Of a DNA stretch of 36,110 nt, positions 15,937 through 24,860 are shown piece after piece. How positions within the stretch are numbered: position 1 is the first letter of the stretch; every line of letters starts with the position of its first letter. Source of the stretch: a virus. Taxonomy: Duplodnaviria > Caudoviricetes. The DNA is taken from IMG/VR virus record IMGVR_UViG_3300031260_000061, positions 1 through 36,110 of that record; one strand, 5' to 3'. A program made the position numbers and the translations under genes. The notes beneath the pieces were generated by a model that did not search any database, was not told the origin of the DNA, and saw only the letters and a program-made list of their open reading frames with translations.

Positions 15937-15965
15937 TTGCTTAAAACCTGTTTTCGTGGTATAAT
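15937..15965 (+). promoter_or_regulatory. Late/packaging operon sigma70-type promoter
   Basis: TTGCTT (15937-42), 17 bp, TATAAT (15960-65) with extended -10 TG; ATG of HNH is 9 nt downstream with no RBS. Confidence 0.7.
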
Positions 15966-15974
15966 ACGCACGAT

Positions 15975-16499
15975 ATGGGATTATTCAAGAAACGATGCAA
16001 AACATACCGATGTTCGAATCTGCATATGAACGCTAGCGGGTACTGTGATGAGTGCCAGGCTAAGCGTTCTGCTTTGTATATGCACGAACCGGTGAAGCAG
16101 GGTGAGGATATCTCACCTAGGCCGAGTGCACCTGAGCGTGGCTATGACCATAGCTGGCACAAGTTTGCAAATGACTTTCTCAAGGGGAATCCCACCTGTG
16201 CAATATGCGGGAAGCCAGCCCAATGCGTGGATCATAAGAGCATCCCCGCTGAGATCATGATGGACCTGTACGGGAAATTTGACTTAGACCCTGCTTTATA
16301 CCAACCGCTTTGCTATAGCTGTAACAGACGCAAGCAGTTGGAGGATAGGGAGAAGATTACTGCCTACTTTGCAGACAAGGCCCGCCTATCCTCAGCCACC
16401 CCGGGGGAGGGGTCCAAAACTTCCCCCCTACACATAACCCCAGCGCGGTCAGGCAGTCGTGATATATACGAAAATTTTTCTGAGGTGAACCGTGGCTAG
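15975..16499 (+). CDS. Terminase-associated HNH endonuclease (HK97 gp74-like)
   Basis: RGYDHSW, CAICG...VDH, YQPLCYSCN; immediately upstream of terS. Confidence 0.85.
   Translation: MGLFKKRCKTYRCSNLHMNASGYCDECQAKRSALYMHEPVKQGEDISPRPSAPERGYDHSWHKFANDFLKGNPTCAICGKPAQCVDHKSIPAEIMMDLYGKFDLDPALYQPLCYSCNRRKQLEDREKITAYFADKARLSSATPGEGSKTSPLHITPARSGSRDIYENFSEVNRG
16399..16480. other. Candidate cos (packaging initiation) region
   Basis: CCCCGGGGGAGGGGTCCAAAA...CCAGCGCGGTC...AAAATTTTTT at the HNH/terS boundary, the usual location in HNH-terminase cos phages. The exact cut site cannot be determined. Confidence 0.35.
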
Positions 16500-16830
16500 A
16501 AAAAAACAAATTCTTTCCACAAGGCCCACTGCTCCCGACCATCTGGGAGAAATTGCAAAGAGTCACTGGGCTGATCTCTTTGGTTCTTTGATTGCGATGG
16601 GCCTTGCAACTGAATTGGACAAGCCGGTGATTGAAATGGCTTGCACCCAGTACGAACAATTCCGTACAGCAAAAAATGATAAAGACAAACAGGCTGCGAT
16701 TGCATCCTATCTCAGGATCATGAGCAAATATGGCGCTACACCCAAGGACCGTAAGGCTATGAAGTACACCCCGCAACCCACAAGGAAGCGGGTCAATGAC
16801 AAAGACATTGAATCGGACTTTGGCCTATGA
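16492..16830 (+). CDS. terS: Terminase small subunit (P27-like)
   Basis: APDHLGEIAKSHW...YGATPKDR pattern; directly upstream of terL. Confidence 0.85.
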   Translation: MARKKQILSTRPTAPDHLGEIAKSHWADLFGSLIAMGLATELDKPVIEMACTQYEQFRTAKNDKDKQAAIASYLRIMSKYGATPKDRKAMKYTPQPTRKRVNDKDIESDFGL

Positions 16831-18551
16831 TCGGACGTACCTTATCCCCAACAACCAAAACCAAGCTGAGTGAACTCTTTATCCAGCAGTACCAGGAGTA
16901 CTGCGATGCTGTGTTGAGTGGTAAGCGCTTGGTTAGTGGAGTTGAGCGGGCGAAGGTAAGACGACATCAGGCAAGGCTTAAGCAGACCGGTGGACGCTGG
17001 GTGTTCGATATGGAGAAGGCTTTAAAACCGCTTCTTTGGATAGCCGCCAATTACAAGTTTCCCCTAGGCGAAAAACGGGGTAAGGCATTCAAGGCTGAGT
17101 CTTGGGAAATCTTTGATATCATGGATCTCTTCGGTTTTGTCGATAGAGAGACCGGTAGAAGATGCTATGTGAGAGCCTATTGGCAAATACCCAGGAAGAA
17201 CGGCAAGAGTACCTTAGCCGGTGCGATTGCTGATTACATGGCATTCGGCGACAACTACCCCAGCGCAGTAAGTGTTATTGCAGCAAACAGCCTGGAACAA
17301 GCAGATGACTGTTTCAGTCGTGCTGATGAAGGGTTGAAATTAGCAAAGCACAAGGGCTACGAGTCATATAACTCAAAGACCTATAAGATTATCAAATGGG
17401 GTGAGTGCCAGGTAAAGGCTCTTACCGCCGCTCCTAAAGACGGCAAGCTGATTCATTGTGCCATCCTGGACGAATATCATGAGGCAAAGGATACCGGGAT
17501 GCTTGACTCCTTTCTTTCAGGTAACGTGAGCGATCCTGAGAGCATGGCCTTGATTATCACTACGGCGGGAACTAATATCCATGGTCCTTGTCATCAAGAG
17601 TACGAGAAATGCAAGAAGATTGCTTATGGCGATATTGAGAATGACCGGTATTGGGTGGGTATCTACGAAGCTGAAAAGAACGATAAGCCGAGTGAAAGGA
17701 ATACCTGGATAAAGGCTAATCCAAACTGGGGTATCTCAATATATCCTGATATGATTGAGGGTCGCTATAAGGACTCCAAGGATAGCGCATCTGACCTTGC
17801 TACCTTCAAAACAAAGAATCTAAACATGTGGGTTTACAGCCTGGTTAAATGGGCAAACATGGAGAAGTGGAACGATTTCTGCTGTGCCCCCGTGAATATT
17901 GTCGAAGGTGCTCCTTGTTACGGAGGGATAGACCTCTCGAGCAATAGTGACTTTACAGCCTTTGTTGCTGACTTCCCTCCAATCGATGGGTCAAGTCAAC
18001 ATCAACAGCTATACATGTTCTGGGTACCAGAAGAGAACGTAATTAAGATACAGAGACAGTGCTCCATTCCTTTAGAGCAATGGATACAGGATGGCTATGT
18101 TATAGCTACTCCTGGACCGGTGGTTGATTATGTGATGGTAGGTCAATGGTTGACCGAGTTTAGGGAGAAATACGAGGTTAACCTTATTGCCGGTGACCGT
18201 CACAGGCTCATTGATCTTGCGCGGGTAACGCCCTCCTGGTTCGAAGAGATTACCTTCGAGTTTAGTCAGGGCAAGATGACTATGAGCCCAAGCACACAGT
18301 TTTTCGAGAGACAATATCTCTTGGGGAATATCCAGTCAGGCAATAATCCTGTCATGAAATGGATGATGAGTAGTGCTGATTCATTGACTGATTCAAATGG
18401 AAATGTAAAGCTAATCAAGCCAAAGGTAGACAGAAGCGCAGCGCGCATCGACGGAGTAATCGCAGCCATCATGGCGCACGATACCGCAATAAACAACGCT
18501 AAAACAGGATTGACTCTTGATGATCTTGCTAGTGCTGCGGTCTTCTTCTAG
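16827..18551 (+). CDS. terL: Terminase large subunit
   Basis: IPRKNGKS (Walker A), AILDEYHE (Walker B), ITTAG, KANPNWG, GIDLSSNSDFTA, RIDGVIA. Confidence 0.96.
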   Translation: MIGRTLSPTTKTKLSELFIQQYQEYCDAVLSGKRLVSGVERAKVRRHQARLKQTGGRWVFDMEKALKPLLWIAANYKFPLGEKRGKAFKAESWEIFDIMDLFGFVDRETGRRCYVRAYWQIPRKNGKSTLAGAIADYMAFGDNYPSAVSVIAANSLEQADDCFSRADEGLKLAKHKGYESYNSKTYKIIKWGECQVKALTAAPKDGKLIHCAILDEYHEAKDTGMLDSFLSGNVSDPESMALIITTAGTNIHGPCHQEYEKCKKIAYGDIENDRYWVGIYEAEKNDKPSERNTWIKANPNWGISIYPDMIEGRYKDSKDSASDLATFKTKNLNMWVYSLVKWANMEKWNDFCCAPVNIVEGAPCYGGIDLSSNSDFTAFVADFPPIDGSSQHQQLYMFWVPEENVIKIQRQCSIPLEQWIQDGYVIATPGPVVDYVMVGQWLTEFREKYEVNLIAGDRHRLIDLARVTPSWFEEITFEFSQGKMTMSPSTQFFERQYLLGNIQSGNNPVMKWMMSSADSLTDSNGNVKLIKPKVDRSAARIDGVIAAIMAHDTAINNAKTGLTLDDLASAAVFF

Positions 18552-18561
18552 GAGGCAGGGT

Positions 18562-20517
18562 GTGGGAATTTTTAGACGAAAACAGACTGAGCAGATTGAC
18601 TTAGCAAGGGTTGTAGGAACCGGGCTAGGCGGATTGGCTATGGGGGGAAAAGCAAAAGCCTTAGAGAACTCTTCCTTCTGGATCTGCTTAACCAATTTGA
18701 TGCGTACCTTCGCTACTTTGCCTTTACATATGTATACTATAAACGGACGTAATCGAAATATCGACCAGGTAAGTGAGGCAGCTATGTTGCTGCGTACACC
18801 GTGCCCATATTTGAATAGTCAGAAATGGCGCTCAATCATGGCATTTAATTTTGAGTTATACGGTGTAGCCTATGCAATCCTTGACCGGGGAAGAACGGGA
18901 AATGTGATTGCTATGTACCCGGTTGCTCCGTCACTTATGAGATCCTCTTGGAAGAACGGGAAACTAATCTACGAATACGGTCCATCTGGTGAGAAGATAG
19001 ACAGCGATGATGTCCTTGAAATATCGAATCTTAAGATTGGATATACATCTATCCTTTCCCCTCTCGACTATGCGCAGAAAGACATCTCAGTAGCGGAGTC
19101 CAGCAAGGCTCTACAAATTGGCTATTACAAGCGCGGAACTACTCTTGGTGGAATTATTACTGTTCCCAAAAATACCAGCAAGGAAGTCAAAGATCAGCTC
19201 AAGATAATGTTTAATAATGAGTTCGCCGGAGAAGGCAATGCTTATAAAACCGGCATCATTGAGGACTCGATGAAATACGAGCCCATCAGGCTTACCGAGA
19301 ATGACAGCGCCAAGATGAACGATGCACAGAGCTGGACCCTCCAGGAAGTGTGCCGGCGTTTCGGGGTGCCTCCCTTCTTTGCCGGCGATCTTACCAAGGC
19401 AACCTTCGCAAATAGTGAGCAGCAGAACCTTAACCTGATTCAGTTCTCCCTCCAGCCTCGTGCTGTGTTCTGGGAGAGCGCTCTTGATGAAAAAATTTGC
19501 AAGAACGGTCAGTACATAAAATTCTCAATGGCCGGATTCCTCCGAGGCGATCACAGCGCTCGTGCAGCCTTCTACCAGAGTGCTATACAAAATGGATGGA
19601 TGACTGTAAATGAGGTCAGAGCTCTTGAGGACCTGAACCCTGTAAAAGAAGGGGATACTCTCATGTTCCCCATGAATTACCTTTCCCTTAAAAAGGCCAT
19701 CACCGCTGAACCAGCTAATAATTATGGGATACCGGAAAGCGTTACTTTGGAATCAATTTCCGAGCCTGTGCCTTTTGAGGAGAAGCGCAAAGCGGCTGAC
19801 TTGTCGTTCATCTCAGAGGCACAGGCCGTTACTCGTACATCTCGCTCCAAGGTGGAAGCACTAATCAGGGCACAGCTTAAGGCTGAGATTGCCGAGCTCA
19901 AGCGCCTGGCGACCGCTGGCCTCGATGCAGAGGGGATTGCTGTTGAGTTTAAGAAATTCGCAGATAACCTTGCTAGTGAATATGGACAGAAGTACGTTCC
20001 TATTTTCAAGGCAATCATAGACCGGCTCTTTCCTGTGGTGCAGAAGCAGGTCAAGACCGGCGCTGATGTTCCTGAGGACCAGAGGCTTGCTTATGCAGCC
20101 AAATATGCTACAAGCATGGCTAATCGTCACGGGAATGCCAGGGTAAAAGATGTTGCCAAGGCGGTCACCAATCTTACTCCCGATGAAATCACTACCCGCG
20201 TGGATGAGATATCACAGGACTGGATAACGTCGCTCCCTAAGAATGAGAGCCAGGAAGAAACCAATAGAGCCGGAAACGCATTTAATCTCTTCCTGTTCGG
20301 TCAACTGGGAGTTACCTATATGCATGTGGTAGCTAACGCTGATGCTTGTGAGTTTTGCAAGAAGCTTGACGGAAAGGTTGTTGAAGTTAATGGCGCTGTG
20401 CTTGATAAGGGTGAGAATGTAGATGATGGAGTAGGGAATGTTCGAATTATACAGAAGACCTATAAACATCCTCCGTTTCATACACATTGTGAGTGCGGGA
20501 TCGCACCAGGGAGATGA
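18562..20517 (+). CDS. HK97-family portal protein fused to a MuF/SPP1 gp7-like head morphogenesis domain
   Basis: GTG 18562 after ggagg; EVCRRFGVPP, GWMTVNEVRALEDLNP portal motifs; C-terminal CEFCKKLDGK...HPPFHTHCEC. Confidence 0.88.
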   Translation: MGIFRRKQTEQIDLARVVGTGLGGLAMGGKAKALENSSFWICLTNLMRTFATLPLHMYTINGRNRNIDQVSEAAMLLRTPCPYLNSQKWRSIMAFNFELYGVAYAILDRGRTGNVIAMYPVAPSLMRSSWKNGKLIYEYGPSGEKIDSDDVLEISNLKIGYTSILSPLDYAQKDISVAESSKALQIGYYKRGTTLGGIITVPKNTSKEVKDQLKIMFNNEFAGEGNAYKTGIIEDSMKYEPIRLTENDSAKMNDAQSWTLQEVCRRFGVPPFFAGDLTKATFANSEQQNLNLIQFSLQPRAVFWESALDEKICKNGQYIKFSMAGFLRGDHSARAAFYQSAIQNGWMTVNEVRALEDLNPVKEGDTLMFPMNYLSLKKAITAEPANNYGIPESVTLESISEPVPFEEKRKAADLSFISEAQAVTRTSRSKVEALIRAQLKAEIAELKRLATAGLDAEGIAVEFKKFADNLASEYGQKYVPIFKAIIDRLFPVVQKQVKTGADVPEDQRLAYAAKYATSMANRHGNARVKDVAKAVTNLTPDEITTRVDEISQDWITSLPKNESQEETNRAGNAFNLFLFGQLGVTYMHVVANADACEFCKKLDGKVVEVNGAVLDKGENVDDGVGNVRIIQKTYKHPPFHTHCECGIAPGR

Positions 20518-21161
20518 ACATAATGAAGAAGAAATTGTTTGAAGACAGTCCTAGTGGTGAAATCAAATTTACCAGATTACCGGAAGAGCGTCTTACTGAG
20601 GCAAAAGGTTCCGTGAGTGCGTGGGAAGCCCAGGTGTGGAAAATTGGGGTAGTCAACCTCAATGGTCGCGTATATGGTGAACCCCTTGCCAAGCGGATTG
20701 TAGCAGAGAATAAAAGCACTGTTGCTTATGATGGCCATAACGGAGATCGCTACGGTGACTATGGTCCGGTTAAGGCGGTGTGTAAGAATCCTCAGGTGAA
20801 GGACGGATATCTCTGTGTAGACGTCTTTGTCCTGGATGAAGAGTATTCCAGGAAGATTGAATCCATCGCTGAGCATGGACTGCCTATTGGAGTATCGAGC
20901 GTGGGCTATGGGGAGACGGACCAGAATGGAGTAGTGAATGCTGCTACTTACGAGTTGGTGCGGTACCTTGATTTTGTCACCACTCCAGCCGGTGGAAACG
21001 GGGCTGTTAAAAAAGAAAGTGACCGTGATGAAGAGACAGAAGAAGAGGGTGGAGTGCCTCCCTTGGAAACCGAGGAAACGTTCCCGGATGTCGAAGCTAA
21101 GCGGAATCTATATCAATCAATTCAGGACATGATCCTGGAAGGAGAACACGATGAAGAATAA
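20514..21161 (+). CDS. Prohead maturation protease (T4 gp21-like motif pattern)
   Basis: NLNGRVY, DGH, IGVSSVGYG, DFVTTPA; located between portal and capsid. Confidence 0.75.
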   Translation: MNIMKKKLFEDSPSGEIKFTRLPEERLTEAKGSVSAWEAQVWKIGVVNLNGRVYGEPLAKRIVAENKSTVAYDGHNGDRYGDYGPVKAVCKNPQVKDGYLCVDVFVLDEEYSRKIESIAEHGLPIGVSSVGYGETDQNGVVNAATYELVRYLDFVTTPAGGNGAVKKESDRDEETEEEGGVPPLETEETFPDVEAKRNLYQSIQDMILEGEHDEE

Positions 21162-22269
21162 GAAGAAATTGAGCGAAGAGCAGAAGACTCAGCTCGAGGC
21201 ACTCAGAAAGAAGCAGAAGGAAGCCTTCGATGCAATGATGGCTGATGAAATGACGGAGGCGAAAGTCTCTGCGTGGAAGCTGGCCACCAAAACTTTGCAT
21301 GACTACGAGGACAACCTCGACAAGGAAGACAAGGAAGAGATTGAGACTCCTCTGGAAATCGTTGAGGCAGAAGAGCATGAATCGCTCAATGAGGATGCAA
21401 AGACATTCCTTGAGAAGATTCGCGAGGCTGTGTCTGTAGGCTCGACCTATACCGGTCTGGTTCCCTCCTCTATCGCAAGTGAGATTGTGAAGAAGCGCGA
21501 GACCTACGGTAAATTCCGCTCCTACTGCCGCAAGATGACCGTTGCTGGTGATTACACCATTGCAGTTGATGGTGATCAGGCAACTGTTGATTACGTCAGC
21601 GAAGGTGGGGCTGCTGGAGAAGTTACTCCGTCACTGACCATGGTATCTTTCTCTGCTTACAAGCTTGGCGCCTTGATTAAGGTGTCCAACGAATTCCTGA
21701 ACGACGTTGCTGTTGATGCCATGAACTGGCTTACCGACAATATCGCTCGGGCATTTGCCAAAAAGGAAGATGCTGAGATCATCAATGGCACCGGCTCTAC
21801 TGCTTCGCATATCACTGGCATTCTTGCCAGTGTGACTGCAAATGCAAAGACCGCCGCTGCTGTGGACGCTGTGACCCTCGAGGAAGTAAAGGGTCTTATC
21901 GATGAACTGGGTGATTATAAGGACGGAGCTGTCCTGATCATGCACCCCACCACAAAGACCAAGATCAAGCTGTTGAAGGATGATTACGGTCAGTATTACT
22001 TCCCGATTCAGCAGGATCTCAAGGAAATTGAGGGGCTCCCGATTATCACCACGACAAATGTTGATGCTATGGCCGCTGATAAGCGTGCAATTATCGCCGC
22101 GAACTTGAGCTACTATCAGTTGGTTGACCGCCAGGGGATGGATATCAAGATTCTGAGCGAGCTGTACGCAGTGAACGACCAGAAGGGAATCCTTGGTTTC
22201 GAGCGTCTCGATGGCAAACCTTTGCTTGCTGATGCATTCAAGGTACTTGTCATGGATGACGGCGTTTAA
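21151..22269 (+). CDS. HK97-fold major capsid protein with N-terminal coiled-coil delta domain
   Basis: YKLGALIKVSNEFLND, EDAEIINGTG, LKDDYGQY, ERLDGK motifs. Confidence 0.93.
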   Translation: MKNKKKLSEEQKTQLEALRKKQKEAFDAMMADEMTEAKVSAWKLATKTLHDYEDNLDKEDKEEIETPLEIVEAEEHESLNEDAKTFLEKIREAVSVGSTYTGLVPSSIASEIVKKRETYGKFRSYCRKMTVAGDYTIAVDGDQATVDYVSEGGAAGEVTPSLTMVSFSAYKLGALIKVSNEFLNDVAVDAMNWLTDNIARAFAKKEDAEIINGTGSTASHITGILASVTANAKTAAAVDAVTLEEVKGLIDELGDYKDGAVLIMHPTTKTKIKLLKDDYGQYYFPIQQDLKEIEGLPIITTTNVDAMAADKRAIIAANLSYYQLVDRQGMDIKILSELYAVNDQKGILGFERLDGKPLLADAFKVLVMDDGV

Positions 22270-22284
22270 GAAGGACGGTGAATA

Positions 22285-22836
22285 ATGGCTACTCCGATAC
22301 TGACAGTAAGTGATCTGAATGGAAAATATGGCTTCAAGATTGACCCACCTGAGGAAGATAAGTACACAAACCTTATCGCCGCAGCTACGTCTGCCTGTGG
22401 TCTGTATCTCCAGCGCGATCTTGGAGTGGCTACATTCACCGAGTTCTTCGATGGGATGAGCCAAGCGATAGTGTTGTCACATTCTCCGGTTGCTTCGGTG
22501 ACCGGGGTGTATGTGGACAGTACGCGCAGTTTTGAGGCTGGTACGGACAACTACCGTATCGACCTTGAAACAGGCATTCTGGTCTTCTATGACGTCGTTC
22601 CAGATGGGCGTGACGTAATCAAGGTGGTGTATGAAGCCGGATGGGAAGATGTACCTGAAGCAATCTTGTACGCAGTAGCAATGACCGTACAGCATATGGC
22701 AGTGATGCAACAGTCTGATATGGCAGGTGTTTCAAGTCGTACTACCGACAGTGGGACCGTGTCAGTCGACCAGAGTATTCCTCCTTTGGCTGTACAGAAG
22801 TTGCTTTCTGAGTACCGACGGAATTTGGCGAGGTAG
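22285..22836 (+). CDS. Head-tail connector/adaptor protein
   Basis: LIAAATSA...YEAGWEDVPEAILYAV...LLSEYRR; follows the capsid gene. Confidence 0.75.
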   Translation: MATPILTVSDLNGKYGFKIDPPEEDKYTNLIAAATSACGLYLQRDLGVATFTEFFDGMSQAIVLSHSPVASVTGVYVDSTRSFEAGTDNYRIDLETGILVFYDVVPDGRDVIKVVYEAGWEDVPEAILYAVAMTVQHMAVMQQSDMAGVSSRTTDSGTVSVDQSIPPLAVQKLLSEYRRNLAR

Positions 22837-22838
22837 GT

Positions 22839-23210
22839 ATGTTGGATATTGAAATTGGTGGTGACGCTATAGGTAGAGTGAGGACCGTTCGCAAGCATCT
22901 TGCAGGATGGATTACTACTGCTACCGGTGACATCGCAAAAGAAGCCGGAGATTTTATCAAGAGCTATTACCTTAACGGGCAGGCTCTTGAGAGAAGAACC
23001 GGATTGACATATCGATCAGTGAAGCAGTTTTACGTCAAGAGGGAGAATGCCTGGTACCTCCGCCCTGGTGTAGGGGTTCCTGGAAGCCAGAACTACCTTG
23101 CCCGGTGGATTGGGACTGAAAAGGAATTCATGCAACCCGGCTTTGAGCGGTATGTGGCGAGTAGAGATGTTCCGATGAGAATCGTAAGAAAGGTGGAGGC
23201 AAAGCTATGA
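22839..23210 (+). CDS. Neck/tail completion protein (HK97 gp10-like position)
   Basis: RRTGLTYRS and FMQPG motifs; synteny. Confidence 0.55.
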   Translation: MLDIEIGGDAIGRVRTVRKHLAGWITTATGDIAKEAGDFIKSYYLNGQALERRTGLTYRSVKQFYVKRENAWYLRPGVGVPGSQNYLARWIGTEKEFMQPGFERYVASRDVPMRIVRKVEAKL

Positions 23211-23656
23211 GTCAACCTAAAACCAAGCAATTGTTTGAACGGCTTGAGGCATATCTGAAACCTGCTCTTGATTCTGCGGTTGCCCAGTGGAATATTGATG
23301 ATCCTACGCTGTATCTGGAACCTGTTGCTGAATGGGATAAGGGGTATAAGGACGTGCTTGCCGGCTTGTCTGAGTATCCTGCTATTCTCTTCATGGAGCA
23401 GTCAAGGACGCATAATGAATCCTTTACCACTACGTACACGATTGAGATTAGTCTTGCGCTTAAAGGCGGGGATACTATCGCTGATAAGGGAGAGGCTTAT
23501 GCCGATATCCTTGAGCGTGCACTCCTTGCTGATCACCACCTGGGGTCTACTTGCCTTGATTCCAATGATCTCATCATAGAGACAGGAATGGTTGGAAGAG
23601 TTTTCTTGGTGGTAGCAACGATTGATCTTGATATCGACAGAGGAGGCTTTGTATGA
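23207..23656 (+). CDS. Tail terminator-like protein
   Basis: Acidic ~150-aa protein with YPAI motif, upstream of the tail tube. Confidence 0.55.
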   Translation: MSQPKTKQLFERLEAYLKPALDSAVAQWNIDDPTLYLEPVAEWDKGYKDVLAGLSEYPAILFMEQSRTHNESFTTTYTIEISLALKGGDTIADKGEAYADILERALLADHHLGSTCLDSNDLIIETGMVGRVFLVVATIDLDIDRGGFV

Positions 23657-23808
23657 CTTGGTATTGTCCTGAATGCGGACGTGAAGAATGCGGACCCTTA
23701 GCGGATAAGCATCTTTGCCCCGTATGTAAACATGAGATGGTCCTTGTGACTGAGGTCACCGAGGAAGGGAAAAAGAAAAAGGTAGTCCTTGAGAAACTAG
23801 AGGATTAA
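23653..23808 (+). CDS. 51-aa zinc-ribbon protein (not in ORF track)
   Basis: RBS aggagg; MTWYCPECGREECGPLADKHLCPVCKHEM...; ATGA overlap. Confidence 0.65.
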   Translation: MTWYCPECGREECGPLADKHLCPVCKHEMVLVTEVTEEGKKKKVVLEKLED

Positions 23809-23819
23809 GGGAGTAATAC

Positions 23820-24218
23820 ATGGGAGCTTTAGCAGGAAAAGATGGAAGCATCAGTGTTGGAGCAGCGGCAGTAGGATACATAGATAACTGGAACCTTACG
23901 ATCAACAGTGGAACTCAGGAGGCAAATCAGCTCGGCCAAGACTGGAAAGAATTCTTGGCTACTGTCAAAGATTGGTCTGGTTCCATGAGCGGAAGCCTTG
24001 ACACGTCTGATATACAGCAGAAAGCTATGATCACCTCTATGACCAGTGGAGATGTTGCTGATGTCGCTTTGGAGTTAGCGGTGGATACTACCAACAAATT
24101 CAGCGGAAACGCTTTGCTTACCAGTATCCAGATTGGAGTTGAATTCGCAGGAAAGGTTTCCTTCTCTGCCAACTTCCAGGGTACAGGAGCGTTAGCAGAA
24201 GCGTTGCCTGTCGCATAA
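23820..24218 (+). CDS. Major tail tube protein
   Basis: AGKDG...WKEFLATVKDWSGSMSG...FSANFQGTGAL, a siphovirus tail tube pattern. Confidence 0.85.
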   Translation: MGALAGKDGSISVGAAAVGYIDNWNLTINSGTQEANQLGQDWKEFLATVKDWSGSMSGSLDTSDIQQKAMITSMTSGDVADVALELAVDTTNKFSGNALLTSIQIGVEFAGKVSFSANFQGTGALAEALPVA

Positions 24219-24222
24219 TGAC

Positions 24223-24242
24223 CCGGGGGAATGTTCCCCCGG
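24223..24242 (+). terminator. GC-rich hairpin after the tail tube gene (attenuator or mRNA stabiliser)
   Basis: ccgggggaa-tg-ttcccccgg; weak U tract. Confidence 0.5.
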
Positions 24243-24264
24243 ACTATTCCTCTAAGGAGAGTCT

Positions 24265-24576
24265 ATGATTCTTTCAATCAGCAAAACACGCACGATCACC
24301 CCGAAATCTTTCGGTAACGATAAAGAGACAGTACCTTCAACAATTACCTACCGCGTTCCCACAGCGGAGGAGATCGAGAAGCATCTTGCCGAGAAAACTA
24401 GCAATGCAAAAATGTTTGTCTTGTATACCGAGTCGAGTACCTTCACCGACGATAAGGGTAATGAAATCAAAACTGCGGATATTCCTAAAATGTCTGGGAC
24501 ATACGCCCTGGTAAATGAGGTTGCTACTGCAATTGTCAAATCAGGCATGCTGGGGACTGATATAAAAAACGGTTAA
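24265..24576 (+). CDS. Tail assembly chaperone (gpG-like)
   Basis: Between tail tube and tape measure; ends at slippery heptamer A-AAA-AAC (24564-24570). Confidence 0.8.
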   Translation: MILSISKTRTITPKSFGNDKETVPSTITYRVPTAEEIEKHLAEKTSNAKMFVLYTESSTFTDDKGNEIKTADIPKMSGTYALVNEVATAIVKSGMLGTDIKNG

Positions 24577-24860
24577 GGGCGCTGTATGCGGCGACGTGCG
24601 AAGGGTACACCGCCAATTATCGGCGCCTCTACGGAAAACCGGACAGGACTACAATTTTCAAGATTGGCCTTGAAGTCCGTCTGGATGATATACCGGAGAT
24701 GTTCAGTGATACATACCTACTATCCTGCATCCGGTTTTATGAACGTTGGAAAATAATGGGATATCCATTTGGCCCATGGGGATTGAACCCTGGAGTGCTG
24801 GTAGACGTGGTGGACACACTAGCACCTCTTGATAAGTACTACCACCCGAGGATGATATAA
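24564..24860 (+). CDS. -1 frameshift extension of the tail assembly chaperone (gpGT-like)
   Basis: The -1 frame is open from 24570 (RLRALYAATCEG...) to TAA 24858-24860, which overlaps the tape measure ATG. Confidence 0.78.
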   Translation, partial: KKRLRALYAATCEGYTANYRRLYGKPDRTTIFKIGLEVRLDDIPEMFSDTYLLSCIRFYERWKIMGYPFGPWGLNPGVLVDVVDTLAPLDKYYHPRMI

